Shown here: piece by piece, positions 28,454 through 37,584 of the stretch
Layout of the letters: every line of letters starts with the position of its first letter
How positions within the stretch are numbered: position 1 is the stretch's first letter
Source of the DNA: Candidatus Latescibacterota bacterium
Lineage (GTDB): Bacteria > Latescibacterota > UBA2968 > UBA8231
Reading direction: 5' to 3'
NCBI GenBank assembly: GCA_965243025.1
Contig: CBDETY010000003.1
Location: 3,936,001 to 4,000,000 of the forward strand
DNA length: 64,000 nucleotides
Made by a program: the position numbers and the translations under genes
The notes under the pieces: model-generated
The model's input: the letters and a program-made list of their open reading frames with translations, nothing else
Database searches by the model: none
Told to the model about the DNA's origin: nothing

Positions 28454-29260
28454 CTACTCCGGCTCGACCCCTATCGATTTCAGGAAATCCAGGATCGGGC
28501 GCTCTTCCTCCTGCGTATGGAAACCGTGAGCCGCCCAGTACAGCCCGGTCCACGGGCCGCCGAGAATCCGGGTCCGCGAGTTGACGTCCACGCCCTGCTC
28601 GATCAGGAAGCGGATCACGTCCAACCTCAGGTGGTAGCAGGCCAGACCGAACGCCTGCTCGACCAGTTCCTTCTCGTCCCTGGCGATGGGAAAATGCGGC
28701 CCGTCGTAAACCGCGGCGGGATCGAGCCGGCCGTCGGAGCCGAACCAAGACCGCATCCTGTCGAGGTCTCCGGCGCCGGCGGCGAACAGCAGGTTGTCGA
28801 TGCGCGCCCCGCACCGCACCAGCATGTCGACTGATTGCGTGTAGCTGAACATCAGGGCGGTCGCCAGCGGCGCGCCGTCGTCGGCCACGCCGTTCACGGC
28901 GGCTCCGGCATCGCACAGGACCTTCACCAGGTCCGGCTGCAGTCCCGCTTCGGCAGGATGGCAGCTCGAAACGAGCAGGCAGAGGGTCGTCTGGTTCGTG
29001 CCGCCGCCATAGGTCTCCGCGAGGGCGTCGACTTCAGCCCCGGCCTCGAGCAGGATCCGGGCTATCTCCACGGCGTTCGGCGGCGTCTTCTGCAGCTCGT
29101 CCTCGATGCCATTGGCCCCCACGTAGTGCAGGAGGGTCGACCGGTGTTTGGACCGGGCACGGGCTTGGATCAGGCCGGGGTCTTCCTGCAGCAGTTTCTT
29201 CAGTGCGGCCGCGTCCCCGGTGATGACGGCGGTTACCGCTTCGTCGAATCGCGTGCTCAT
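28454..29260 (-). CDS. Ankyrin-repeat protein
   Basis: 'TLLHY..ANG', 'ILLEAGAEVDA', 'LCDAGAAVN', 'FLIEQGVDVN'. Confidence 0.8.
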   Translation of the reverse strand: MSTRFDEAVTAVITGDAAALKKLLQEDPGLIQARARSKHRSTLLHYVGANGIEDELQKTPPNAVEIARILLEAGAEVDALAETYGGGTNQTTLCLLVSSCHPAEAGLQPDLVKVLCDAGAAVNGVADDGAPLATALMFSYTQSVDMLVRCGARIDNLLFAAGAGDLDRMRSWFGSDGRLDPAAVYDGPHFPIARDEKELVEQAFGLACYHLRLDVIRFLIEQGVDVNSRTRILGGPWTGLYWAAHGFHTQEEERPILDFLKSIGVEPE

Positions 29261-29301
29261 TCTATGGCCTTTCTCCCGGGCTGGTTCGTCCGTGCCTGTG
29301 T

Positions 29302-29396
29302 ATTGATATTGTATATACAGTGCTGGGGACAGATTTCGGCTGATCTCCGCGCGGACAGCGACGCCAGCCGAAAGGAAACAGTATGAAGACCAGTGA
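29302..29396 (+). pseudogene. Internally deleted BrnT toxin remnant
   Basis: C-terminal 'RLISARTATPAERKQYEDQ*' overlapping the antitoxin start matches BrnT C-termini; only ~95 nt remain. Confidence 0.6.
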
Positions 29397-29673
29397 TTTG
29401 AAAAAAAGACTGACGAGGAATCGGACGATGGTACCTGTGAGCATTCGAATGCCGGAAGACGTTATCGACGATCTCAAGCGCATCGCCCCTCAATTGGGAT
29501 TTTCCGGATACCAACCGCTCATTCGAGCCTACATCGGGCAAGGTCTTCGTCAGGATCTCCTGCGTCTGGAAAACAACCCCGGGCTTGAATTTTTCGTAAA
29601 AAGCCTGCTTCAACACGGGGTAGATTCGAAAACCATCGAACAGGCAATGGCCGACGTGAAGCAGCCTGCCTGA
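29383..29673 (+). CDS. CopG/BrnA-like ribbon-helix-helix antitoxin
   Basis: 'VSIRMPEDVIDDLKRIAP.LGFSGYQPLIRAYIGQGLR'. Confidence 0.8.
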   Translation: MKTSDLKKRLTRNRTMVPVSIRMPEDVIDDLKRIAPQLGFSGYQPLIRAYIGQGLRQDLLRLENNPGLEFFVKSLLQHGVDSKTIEQAMADVKQPA

Positions 29674-29770
29674 CGGATGTTTCAGACCCCAACCGGATTG
29701 CCGCCCCTTGGTGTCCGAAGGGGTATCGAGGTTTCAAAGAGTTGGAAAAATGGGCCTCCGTCCTCAGGGG

Positions 29771-31552
29771 TCACCGTTTCTTCCCACGGCCAGGCCGATC
29801 ACTCCTTCCGCGGCCCTTGCCGGCACCCTTGGTCCGGGCCGTTTTCCGCCGGCCGGCTCCTTTCCCGGCTGCCGCTGGCTTCCCCCGGCTTTGCGGTTCC
29901 GGCGCAGCCGCCTCGAAGTTGATGCGCCGCTCCTCCAGGTCGACCTCCACAAGGCGCACGGTCAGCCTGTCGCCGAGGGTATAGGCAACTCGCGTGCGGC
30001 GGCCGACCAGGGCATGCGCCTCCTCCCAGACCTCGAAGTAGTCGCCGCTGCGCTCGCCGAGAGTGCGGACCGGCACCAGGCCTTCGGCGAACAGCTCTTC
30101 GGGACGGACGAACAGTCCCGCGGCATGAACGCCGGTTACCCGGGCCGGCATCACCTCTCCCAACCGCCTGCGGGCGACGAGGCAGGCGGCGACCTGAACG
30201 ATCTCCCGCTCCGCTTCGATGGCGCGCCGCTCCGTCTCGGAGGAGCTCTCCGCCGCGGCTTCTAGACGGCGCAGCTCGGGCTTCTTCAGCCAGTGGTTCC
30301 AGAGGGCGCGGTGGACGAGCAGGTCGGGGTAGCGCCGAATCGGCGAGGTGAAGTGGGCGTAGGCTTCCGAGGCCAGCCCGAAGTGGAGGTCGACCTCGGC
30401 CGAGTAGAAGGCCTGGCTCAGGGAGCGCAGCAGCAGCATCTGCCCGCTCTCGGACTGGCGCGACTGCTTGAGCCTGGCGAGCAGCCCGGCGACCGCTTTC
30501 GGGGTGTTCTCCTTGCCGGTCCTCACCGGGTGTCCGAAGCGCTTTGCCCAGGCGGCCATCAGCTGCCACTTCTCCCGCGGCGGCGGCGGATGCACCCGGT
30601 AGACCCCCTCGAGACCGCGGTCGAGCAGGTGCTCGGCGACCGACTCGTTGGCGGCGACCATCAGGTCCTCGATGACCCGGTGAGCCGGCAGCGGGTTGCG
30701 GGCCACGACGTCGGCGGGGCCGCCCCCCTTGTCGAACAGGACCTCCGGCTCGGGGATCTCGAGATCGAGGGAGCCTTTCTCCAGGCGCCGGCGGCGCAGC
30801 AGCCGCGAGGCCTCGATGCAGTCCCGGACAACCGCTGCCGCCGCCTCGGGAACGGCGTCCGGGGCGCCGTCGATCTGCGCCTGCACCTGGGTGTAGGTGA
30901 GGCGGGCGGCGCTCTGGATCAGGGAAGGGTAGATCTCGATGCTGCCGCGCCCGCCGTCGCCGTCGACCACCATTTCGCAGGTCACGGTCAGCCGCGGTTC
31001 CCCGGGAACGAGCGAGCACAGCCCGTTCGACAGCCGTTCGGGAAGCATAGGCAGGACGCGCCCCGGCAGGTAGACGCTGGTGCCGCGCAGCAGGGCCTCC
31101 CGGTCGAGGGAGCTGCGCGCCGTGACGTACCGGGCGACGTCGGCGATCGACACCCAAACCCGGTAGCCCTCCCCCTGCTTCCCGGCCGACACCGCATCGT
31201 CGAAGTCCCTGGCGTCCTCCCCGTCGATGGTGACGTGGATGCGCGAGCGCAGGTCGCGGCGCCTTCCCCGGGCCAGCGCCTTTTCCGGGTCGACCTCGGG
31301 GAAGGCGCCGGCCTGTGCGAGCGCCTCTTCCGGGAAGGCGGCGGGCAGGTCGAGATCATCGATGGCATTTGCGAGATACGCGGCCGCCGGGGCGGACCTG
31401 GCGGGGGCCTTCCTGCGGCCGGCTGATTGCGCTGATTGCTTCTGACGCTTGCCCCTTGCCGCGGCAGGTCTGCCCCCGCTCTTCCGCCGGGGAACGGAAC
31501 GCCGCGGGGTTTTGCCGCCTTTTCCTTTTCGAGATTCTGCCAAATTCTTCAC
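29771..31552 (-). CDS. RNase II/R (RNB + S1) family exoribonuclease
   Basis: TIDGEDARDFDDA catalytic motif, RGTSVY, LSNGLCSL, HFGLA..Y.HFTSPIRRYPDL, C-terminal S1. Confidence 0.92.
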   Translation of the reverse strand: MKNLAESRKGKGGKTPRRSVPRRKSGGRPAAARGKRQKQSAQSAGRRKAPARSAPAAAYLANAIDDLDLPAAFPEEALAQAGAFPEVDPEKALARGRRRDLRSRIHVTIDGEDARDFDDAVSAGKQGEGYRVWVSIADVARYVTARSSLDREALLRGTSVYLPGRVLPMLPERLSNGLCSLVPGEPRLTVTCEMVVDGDGGRGSIEIYPSLIQSAARLTYTQVQAQIDGAPDAVPEAAAAVVRDCIEASRLLRRRRLEKGSLDLEIPEPEVLFDKGGGPADVVARNPLPAHRVIEDLMVAANESVAEHLLDRGLEGVYRVHPPPPREKWQLMAAWAKRFGHPVRTGKENTPKAVAGLLARLKQSRQSESGQMLLLRSLSQAFYSAEVDLHFGLASEAYAHFTSPIRRYPDLLVHRALWNHWLKKPELRRLEAAAESSSETERRAIEAEREIVQVAACLVARRRLGEVMPARVTGVHAAGLFVRPEELFAEGLVPVRTLGERSGDYFEVWEEAHALVGRRTRVAYTLGDRLTVRLVEVDLEERRINFEAAAPEPQSRGKPAAAGKGAGRRKTARTKGAGKGRGRSDRPGRGKKR

Positions 31553-31738
31553 TCAGTCCTGTTGGTCCGGGGTGTTACCGGGGGTCCCTGACAACTCGGG
31601 CTGTCCGTTGGTTGGCCACTGCGAAGGTCCCTTGCCGCACAGGTTCCCGAAAGAAACGGAGGCCGGATTCACGCCGAGTTGCACCTGCTGTCACTTCAGA
31701 GGAGGAACACTCTCCCCTCCCACGGGGAAGCGGTGGTC

Positions 31739-31768
31739 TTGACATTGTTCCTGAGCAAAAGGTACTCT
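31739..31768 (+). promoter_or_regulatory. Sigma70-type promoter upstream of the ABC-F leader
   Basis: TTGACA-18 nt-TACTCT. Confidence 0.55.
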
Positions 31769-31778
31769 CGGCGGCAGA

Positions 31779-31913
31779 ATGAAGGACGCGATCAGACATT
31801 ACTTGAACGAGGCGGACCGGATTGCTTTCGAGATAAGCCGGTCCGCAGCGTATTACCTGCCCCGAGGGGGATATCCATGCCCGGTTCGGAACTGGGATCG
31901 TCTGCCACCGTAA
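31779..31913 (+). CDS. Putative leader peptide of the ABC-F gene (44 aa, ends RLPP*)
   Basis: ATG 10 nt after the -10 box; MKDAIRHYLNEADRIAFEISRSAAYYLPRGGYPCPVRNWDRLPP*; terminator follows. Confidence 0.5.
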   Translation: MKDAIRHYLNEADRIAFEISRSAAYYLPRGGYPCPVRNWDRLPP

Positions 31914-31944
31914 CATTCGCGTAACTGAGGTGCGAATCGAATTC

Positions 31945-31984
31945 AGGCCGTGGGGGGTTCCTCCGCGGCCTTTTTCATTTTTTT
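31945..31984 (+). terminator. Intrinsic terminator (attenuator) just before the ABC-F start
   Basis: AGGCCGTGGGG-loop-CTCCGCGGCCT followed by TTTTCATTTTTTT, 13 nt before the ATG. Confidence 0.75.
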
Positions 31985-31997
31985 ACGGATACGAAAG

Positions 31998-33890
31998 ATG
32001 ACAGTCCTGGATGTAAACAATGTCTGCAAGCGCTTCGATATCGAGCTGTTGCTCGATGGAGTGAGCTTCAAGCTGAGCCGGGGTGAGAAGGTCGGCCTGA
32101 TCGGGGGGAACGGGTGCGGGAAGACGACGCTGCTGAAGATGATCGCCGGCAGCGAAGATCCTTCATCCGGAGTGATCACCAGACCCGGGGGAAGCCGTGT
32201 CGGGTACCTGGCGCAGGAGCCGGGGTACGACGAGGGGCGAACGGTGGACGAGGAGCTTCTCGAAGCCTTTTCCGAGATCTCGGGGATATCGCGGCAGCTG
32301 AAATCCCTGGAACAGCGCCTGGAATCCGCACCGGCCGACGAAGAAGAAGGGGTGCTGGCGGAGTACAGCCGCGTCTCTGCCCGGTTGGAGCAGCTTGGCG
32401 GCTACAGTTTCGAGCACAAGGTCGACGCCGTTCTCGAGGGATTGCAGATGACTTCGATGCGGCAGCGGTCGTTGAATTCGCTCAGCGGCGGTGAGAAGAA
32501 CGCCGTCGCCCTGGCGAGAATCCTGCTGGAGGAGCCGGACATCCTGCTTCTCGACGAACCGGGGAATCACCTCGACTTCGAGGGGCTGGAGTGGCTGGAA
32601 GGGTTTCTCCGGACGTACGAAAAAACCGTGCTCCTCGTCTCCCACAACAGATACCTCCTCGACCGCGTCGTCGACCGCATCCTCGAAATCGAGAACGGGA
32701 GGGTTGCCCGGTACAAGGGGAACTACTCCGCCTACCGCGTGGAAAAGCTCAGGGAATCGCTCAAGCAGAAGGCGGCTTTCGACGACCAGCAGAAGGAAAT
32801 CCGCCGGCTCGAGGCGATGATCAGGAGGTTCGCCCTGTGGGCGAAGATGACGGAGGACGTGCGGCACGCCAGGCAGGCGCGGAGCCGGCAGAAGATGCTC
32901 GACCGCATGGAGAGGATCGAGCGGCCGAACCTCGGGGAGGGAAGAATTCAACCCCGCCTCGGGGCAGCGGAGCGGGCGGGGAAAATCGCCCTCGAGCTGC
33001 GGGGGTATTCGAAGGCATTTGGCGAAAAGGTGCTGTTCGATTCGGTCGACCTGCACCTGTCATCGGGCGAACGGGTCGGGCTGCTCGGCCCGAACGGCTC
33101 GGGGAAAACGACGATTTTCCGCGACATCGTCGAATGCGGATCCTGGGAAAATCCCGTCGTACGGATCGGACCGCGGATCGAGGTCGGGTACTATTCGCAG
33201 GAGCACGAAACCCTGAACCCCGCCAACAGCCTGGTCGAGGAGATCAGGGAGGCGGCGCCGATGACGGAGGACCAGGCATTTCACATCCTGCTGAAATACC
33301 TGTTCCGCCGCGAGGATATCCATCGCGCTGTCTCGACCCTGAGCGGCGGCGAAAAGAGCCGCATCCAGCTGGCCAAGCTCAAGGTGTCGGACGTCAACCT
33401 CCTGCTGCTCGACGAGCCGACCAATCACCTCGACATCCATTCCCGCGAGCAGGTGGAGGAGGCCCTCGAAGAGTTCGACGGCACCATCCTGGCAATTTCG
33501 CACGACCGCTATTTCCTCGACCGCATCGTCGACCGCATCGTGGAAGTGCGGAATCCGACGCTGGTGGAATACGCGGGAAGCTTCTCGGAGTTCTGGGCGA
33601 AAAGGAGAAGGGACCGGGTGGCCTTGCCTGAGAAGGTCCGCAGGGGAAAGGTTGCCGGGGCGGGGAAGAAGGCGGCGCCCCGGACGGAGACCCGGAAATC
33701 AAGCGCCGCGGCAACCGGAATCGAGCAGAAGATCGACGGCCTCGAGGGGGACAAGCTCAAGCTGGAAGAGGAGATCGTCCAGGCGTACCAGAACCGCAGG
33801 TACGACAGGGGCGAAAAACTGAGCCGGGAGCTGCAGCGACTGGAAAAGGAGATCGAGCGGCTCTACGCCGAGTGGGAAACCGCTACCTGA
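31998..33890 (+). CDS. ABC-F family ribosome-associated ATPase
   Basis: Two ABC domains (GGNGCGKTT, LSGGE, LLLDEP; GPNGSGKTT, LSGGE, LLLDEPTNHLD), interdomain linker, C-terminal coiled coil, no TM helices. Confidence 0.93.
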   Translation: MTVLDVNNVCKRFDIELLLDGVSFKLSRGEKVGLIGGNGCGKTTLLKMIAGSEDPSSGVITRPGGSRVGYLAQEPGYDEGRTVDEELLEAFSEISGISRQLKSLEQRLESAPADEEEGVLAEYSRVSARLEQLGGYSFEHKVDAVLEGLQMTSMRQRSLNSLSGGEKNAVALARILLEEPDILLLDEPGNHLDFEGLEWLEGFLRTYEKTVLLVSHNRYLLDRVVDRILEIENGRVARYKGNYSAYRVEKLRESLKQKAAFDDQQKEIRRLEAMIRRFALWAKMTEDVRHARQARSRQKMLDRMERIERPNLGEGRIQPRLGAAERAGKIALELRGYSKAFGEKVLFDSVDLHLSSGERVGLLGPNGSGKTTIFRDIVECGSWENPVVRIGPRIEVGYYSQEHETLNPANSLVEEIREAAPMTEDQAFHILLKYLFRREDIHRAVSTLSGGEKSRIQLAKLKVSDVNLLLLDEPTNHLDIHSREQVEEALEEFDGTILAISHDRYFLDRIVDRIVEVRNPTLVEYAGSFSEFWAKRRRDRVALPEKVRRGKVAGAGKKAAPRTETRKSSAAATGIEQKIDGLEGDKLKLEEEIVQAYQNRRYDRGEKLSRELQRLEKEIERLYAEWETAT

Positions 33891-33934
33891 CCCGGCCTCT
33901 TCGGTAGGCGCCGGGGATCGAGCCGGGAAAGCGG

Positions 33935-35332
33935 CTACCCGCCGAACAGAGGACCCTCGCCCCTCTCCCGCCGCTGCATCCGCCGCACCCGGCTCTGCAG
34001 CATCCCGGCGGGACCGTAGTCGGGATACCGCAGCAGCAGCTCCTCGAGCGCGGCGGCCGCCTCGTCGTACTCCCGCAGCTGGTAGCGGGCGGTGGCGAGC
34101 CAGTAGTAGACCCGCGGCGGCACGTTGGGATCGCGGCGGATCGCCTCGGCCAACGGGGGGACCGCTGCGGCCGGGTTCTCCCTGTACATCAGGTACTTCC
34201 CCGTGTCGTAGTACTGGACCGCCTGCAGCTTCTCCATGGTGCCGGCGTTCACCCGGAGGCCGGCGGCGAGCAGAAGCCCCAGGCAGACACGCGCAACCCA
34301 TTTTCCGGACGCCCGTTCCAGGCGAGCGGCGGCATACAGGATTCCCATTGCCATCAGGACCGCGCTGCCTGCCGCGGGAAAGTAGAAGTACCGGGAGAAA
34401 ACCTGCCCCCTGTCCCACAAGCAGAACGGCAGCGCCGCGCACAGGACCCACAGGGCCCAGAAGCGGGTCGACCGTCCCCGGATCAACAGCAGCAGCACCA
34501 GGGCCCCCAGGGAGCCGGCGGCGAGGGCGGCTTCGACCGGCGGATCAGGCTCGACGAAACCGCCGGTGTACCCCCCCGCGAACAGCCCGAAGAGATAAAA
34601 GGCGAAGTTGGTGGCGACGTGGAGGCCGAAGGAGTAGGTCGCGTCGCCGGTGAAGGCGCTTCCGTAGACCAGGCGCTCCGCCCCGAGCAGGGCGCCTCCC
34701 GGCAGCAGGAAGGCGAGCAGCAGCCGCAGCTGTTGCCGCCGGGGCCGGCGCTCCGCGGCGGCCAGCAGCGCCGGGAAGAGGGCGGCGATCCCCATCGCCT
34801 GGTGGCAGAGCACCGCGGCGGCGTAACTGCACACCCCCCCGGCGAGCCAGGCTTTACCGCCCCGTTCCAGGTACCGGCACACGAGAAGCAGGCTCCCCAG
34901 CACGAACCCCAGCCCGAACACAAGAGATACCGCCGAAATCCAGTAGACCGCCCGGAAATGGCTGGTGTTGGCCAGGAACAGCAGGGCGGACAGGAACGCC
35001 AGCGGCGCCGGGGAACCGCGCCGGTGCACGAGGCAGAGCAGCAGCAGGGCGTTGACGAGGTGGCCGGCGGCGTTGACGAGGTGGTAGGGCCCCGGGGAGG
35101 GGCCGAAGAAGGGGTGGGCGAGCCAGGCGTAGACGCGGACGCCGATCCGGCTCGCCCAGGGCTTTTCCATCTCCGGAGAAACCAGGTGGCCCAGGTCCGC
35201 CCGGGCCTTGCGGGCGTTGTCGAGGTAGTCCTCGTCGTCGAAGGCGAAGCCGTGGTGGCGGACGTCGCCGAACAGGAGCCAGGCGACCGCGGCCAGAGCG
35301 GCGAACGAGGCGGCCAGATGAAGGGGTTTCAT
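33935..35332 (-). CDS. Polytopic GT-C-like membrane protein with C-terminal TPR
   Basis: N-terminal 'F.FDD..Y', 'YHLVN...H..N', about 10 TM helices, TPR-like tail. Confidence 0.7.
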   Translation of the reverse strand: MKPLHLAASFAALAAVAWLLFGDVRHHGFAFDDEDYLDNARKARADLGHLVSPEMEKPWASRIGVRVYAWLAHPFFGPSPGPYHLVNAAGHLVNALLLLCLVHRRGSPAPLAFLSALLFLANTSHFRAVYWISAVSLVFGLGFVLGSLLLVCRYLERGGKAWLAGGVCSYAAAVLCHQAMGIAALFPALLAAAERRPRRQQLRLLLAFLLPGGALLGAERLVYGSAFTGDATYSFGLHVATNFAFYLFGLFAGGYTGGFVEPDPPVEAALAAGSLGALVLLLLIRGRSTRFWALWVLCAALPFCLWDRGQVFSRYFYFPAAGSAVLMAMGILYAAARLERASGKWVARVCLGLLLAAGLRVNAGTMEKLQAVQYYDTGKYLMYRENPAAAVPPLAEAIRRDPNVPPRVYYWLATARYQLREYDEAAAALEELLLRYPDYGPAGMLQSRVRRMQRRERGEGPLFGG

Positions 35333-35350
35333 CTCAGGCCGGTCCCCGCG

Positions 35351-36544
35351 CTAATCGTAGGTCTGGGTCTTGCCCCCGGTCAGCTCGCGGTCGTGGCTGG
35401 GGCGTAGCAGCTCCGACAGCACGGGGGGCAGCTCCCCGCGGCTGGCCTTGACCGCCCACACCGGGGGCACCTCCCAGGGAGGCTGGGCGCGGCCGTCGGC
35501 CCACGGCTTGCGGTAGCAGAAAAGGGAGCAGAGGCGGCTCTGTTTGCCGGCGGCCTTGGGGGCGACCCCGTGGGCGGCGTGCGAAAGGCAGCAGACCACG
35601 GAGCCGGCAGGCACCGCCAGATGCTCCATCTCGAGGGGCCTCCCGGTGACCGGATGGGTGCGGCCCTCGAGCCAGCCGCCCGCCATATCCTCGTCCGTGG
35701 CCGCGTTGCACCCGGCCGGGTCGCGGAACAGGTGGCTGCCGCGGATGATCTTGAGGCCGCCGTCGTTGTCCGCTTCGAAGCCGTTGAGATAGCAGAGGGT
35801 GAGCAGGAAGTTCGCCTGGCGGTCGTACTCGTCGGGCAGGACGGTGCCGCTGTCGCAGCCGGCGCCGATCTTGTGGCTGTGCCAATGGCCGCCGGGGTAC
35901 CCGCCCGGCCGCGACAGCAGCTGGTTGTGGTCGAAGTAGATGGCGTCGCTGCCGAGACAGAGGCGCTGCAGGGCGAGCATGTCCGGGTGCGTGAGCACGT
36001 CGGCGAGGAACGGCAGATGCCCGGAGGGGAAGTACTCGGAGAAGACGGAGTGCAGCCTCAGGGTGCGGACCCCGGCCGTGTCGGTCCCCTGCGGCACCTG
36101 CTGGCTGCCGCCGAGAGCCTTCGCCAGGTCTCCGCCAGCGACCTCCTCCTCCGGAGGCCGGCGGCCGAGTCCGCGCCAGTCGATGGCGGACCAGTCGGCC
36201 CGGAGCAGGGTGTCGTTGAGCTGCTGTCCCCGTTCCAGGGCGGCCTGCCATTTCTCGCGGGCCCGCGGCCTGATGACGCCCTCGAAGACGGCGTACCCGT
36301 CCCGAAGGAATTCCCCGCGGTCGAACTGCTCCTCGATCGCCGCGAGGTCGAGCAGGTCGTCCCGCGCCGCCTCCATGTCGCTCCAGTCTCCCGCCGACCA
36401 CTCGACCGGAGAACGGCGGTTGCCGAGGAAGTCGGGGCGGGTCGCCCTGGCCAGCCCGGCGGAGGGACCGTCGAGGACGCGCTGCGCGTCCGGGTCCGTC
36501 ACCCCGGAAAGGAGGGGGTTTCTCGGCATCGTGTCGGTGGACAT
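35351..36544 (-). CDS. Phytanoyl-CoA dioxygenase-like Fe(II)/2OG protein
   Basis: 'FLRDGYAV', 'DNDGGLKIIRGSH', 'AGSVV....AAHGV', distal Arg; WHSH in place of WHxD. Confidence 0.75.
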   Translation of the reverse strand: MSTDTMPRNPLLSGVTDPDAQRVLDGPSAGLARATRPDFLGNRRSPVEWSAGDWSDMEAARDDLLDLAAIEEQFDRGEFLRDGYAVFEGVIRPRAREKWQAALERGQQLNDTLLRADWSAIDWRGLGRRPPEEEVAGGDLAKALGGSQQVPQGTDTAGVRTLRLHSVFSEYFPSGHLPFLADVLTHPDMLALQRLCLGSDAIYFDHNQLLSRPGGYPGGHWHSHKIGAGCDSGTVLPDEYDRQANFLLTLCYLNGFEADNDGGLKIIRGSHLFRDPAGCNAATDEDMAGGWLEGRTHPVTGRPLEMEHLAVPAGSVVCCLSHAAHGVAPKAAGKQSRLCSLFCYRKPWADGRAQPPWEVPPVWAVKASRGELPPVLSELLRPSHDRELTGGKTQTYD

Positions 36545-36710
36545 GGTGGTTACCTGTTCCGGGATATCTGGATTTTTCCTGTTCGACTGCCAGTCGCGAG
36601 CCCGTCGGGAATTGCCCGCCCGCGGCCGTCACCCAGGTCGAGAATTGCGGTTTTCCGTTTCAGCGCTGCCACGGGCTTTCCGCCTGCGACCGTCTGCCGG
36701 CCCATGCCCC

Positions 36711-37559
36711 TCAGCCCAACCCGGGGAAGAAGAAGCTTTCCGCGGTACCCCAGAGAATCGCCTCCTTCTCGGCCTTGCTGAGAAAGTCCGCGTGATCGCG
36801 AATCAGGGCGACCGCCGCCGGGTAATCGGTCACCGGATCCTGCATGGTGATCGGCCCCCCGCTGTCGCTCTCCCACATGCAGCGGTCCGCCCCGTAGGCC
36901 TCGACGACGCGCTGAATCAGCGGCAGCACGTCGAAGTAGGGGGCGGCCCGCGAGCACAGCGCCTGCAGCGGCCCGATCTTGACCATGACCTGCCTGTGCC
37001 TGGCGAAGCGGAGCAGGGCCTCGAGGTCCTCCTCGCTGTAGTCCGCCTCCCTGATGCCGACGTGGCAGACGTGGTCGAGGATCACCGGGGTTTCCGGGTA
37101 GCGGGTGCAGAGGCGGTCGAGGGCCGGCAGCCGGTCGACCCCCATGTTGAAGCTGAGGGCGAGCCCGTGGTCGGCGCCGGTGGAGAACAGCTTTTCGAAA
37201 GCCGGGTGCTCGAACTCCGAGGGGGGCTCGCGAAAGGCACGGCATCCCTTCTTCGACAGCTCGATCATGGTCCTGTCCGGCGCGGGGTCGTCGAGGTCGA
37301 CGACGCCGGTGCCGGCGAAGGTCTCCGGGTCGGCGGCGATCAGGTCGAGGATGTAGCTGTGGTCGGTCTTGTACCAGATCATCTGGACGAGGTTGATGCG
37401 CACGTCGCCGACGGCGCGGCTGTACCGGAAGTACTCCTCGGGCGTGAAAGTCGGGAGCCAGAGGTCCTCCTCCTTCACCCCGGGGGCCAGCGGATAGCGG
37501 GCGAAGTCGTTGGTCCAGACGTGGATGTGGGCATCGACGATTCGGTGCGGTGATGTCAT
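36711..37559 (-). CDS. Amidohydrolase_2 family protein
   Basis: DAHIHVW, ILDHV, YGADRCMWESD. Confidence 0.85.
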   Translation of the reverse strand: MTSPHRIVDAHIHVWTNDFARYPLAPGVKEEDLWLPTFTPEEYFRYSRAVGDVRINLVQMIWYKTDHSYILDLIAADPETFAGTGVVDLDDPAPDRTMIELSKKGCRAFREPPSEFEHPAFEKLFSTGADHGLALSFNMGVDRLPALDRLCTRYPETPVILDHVCHVGIREADYSEEDLEALLRFARHRQVMVKIGPLQALCSRAAPYFDVLPLIQRVVEAYGADRCMWESDSGGPITMQDPVTDYPAAVALIRDHADFLSKAEKEAILWGTAESFFFPGLG

Positions 37560-37584
37560 CGGTTTTCTCCCGGCAGGTGCATGG

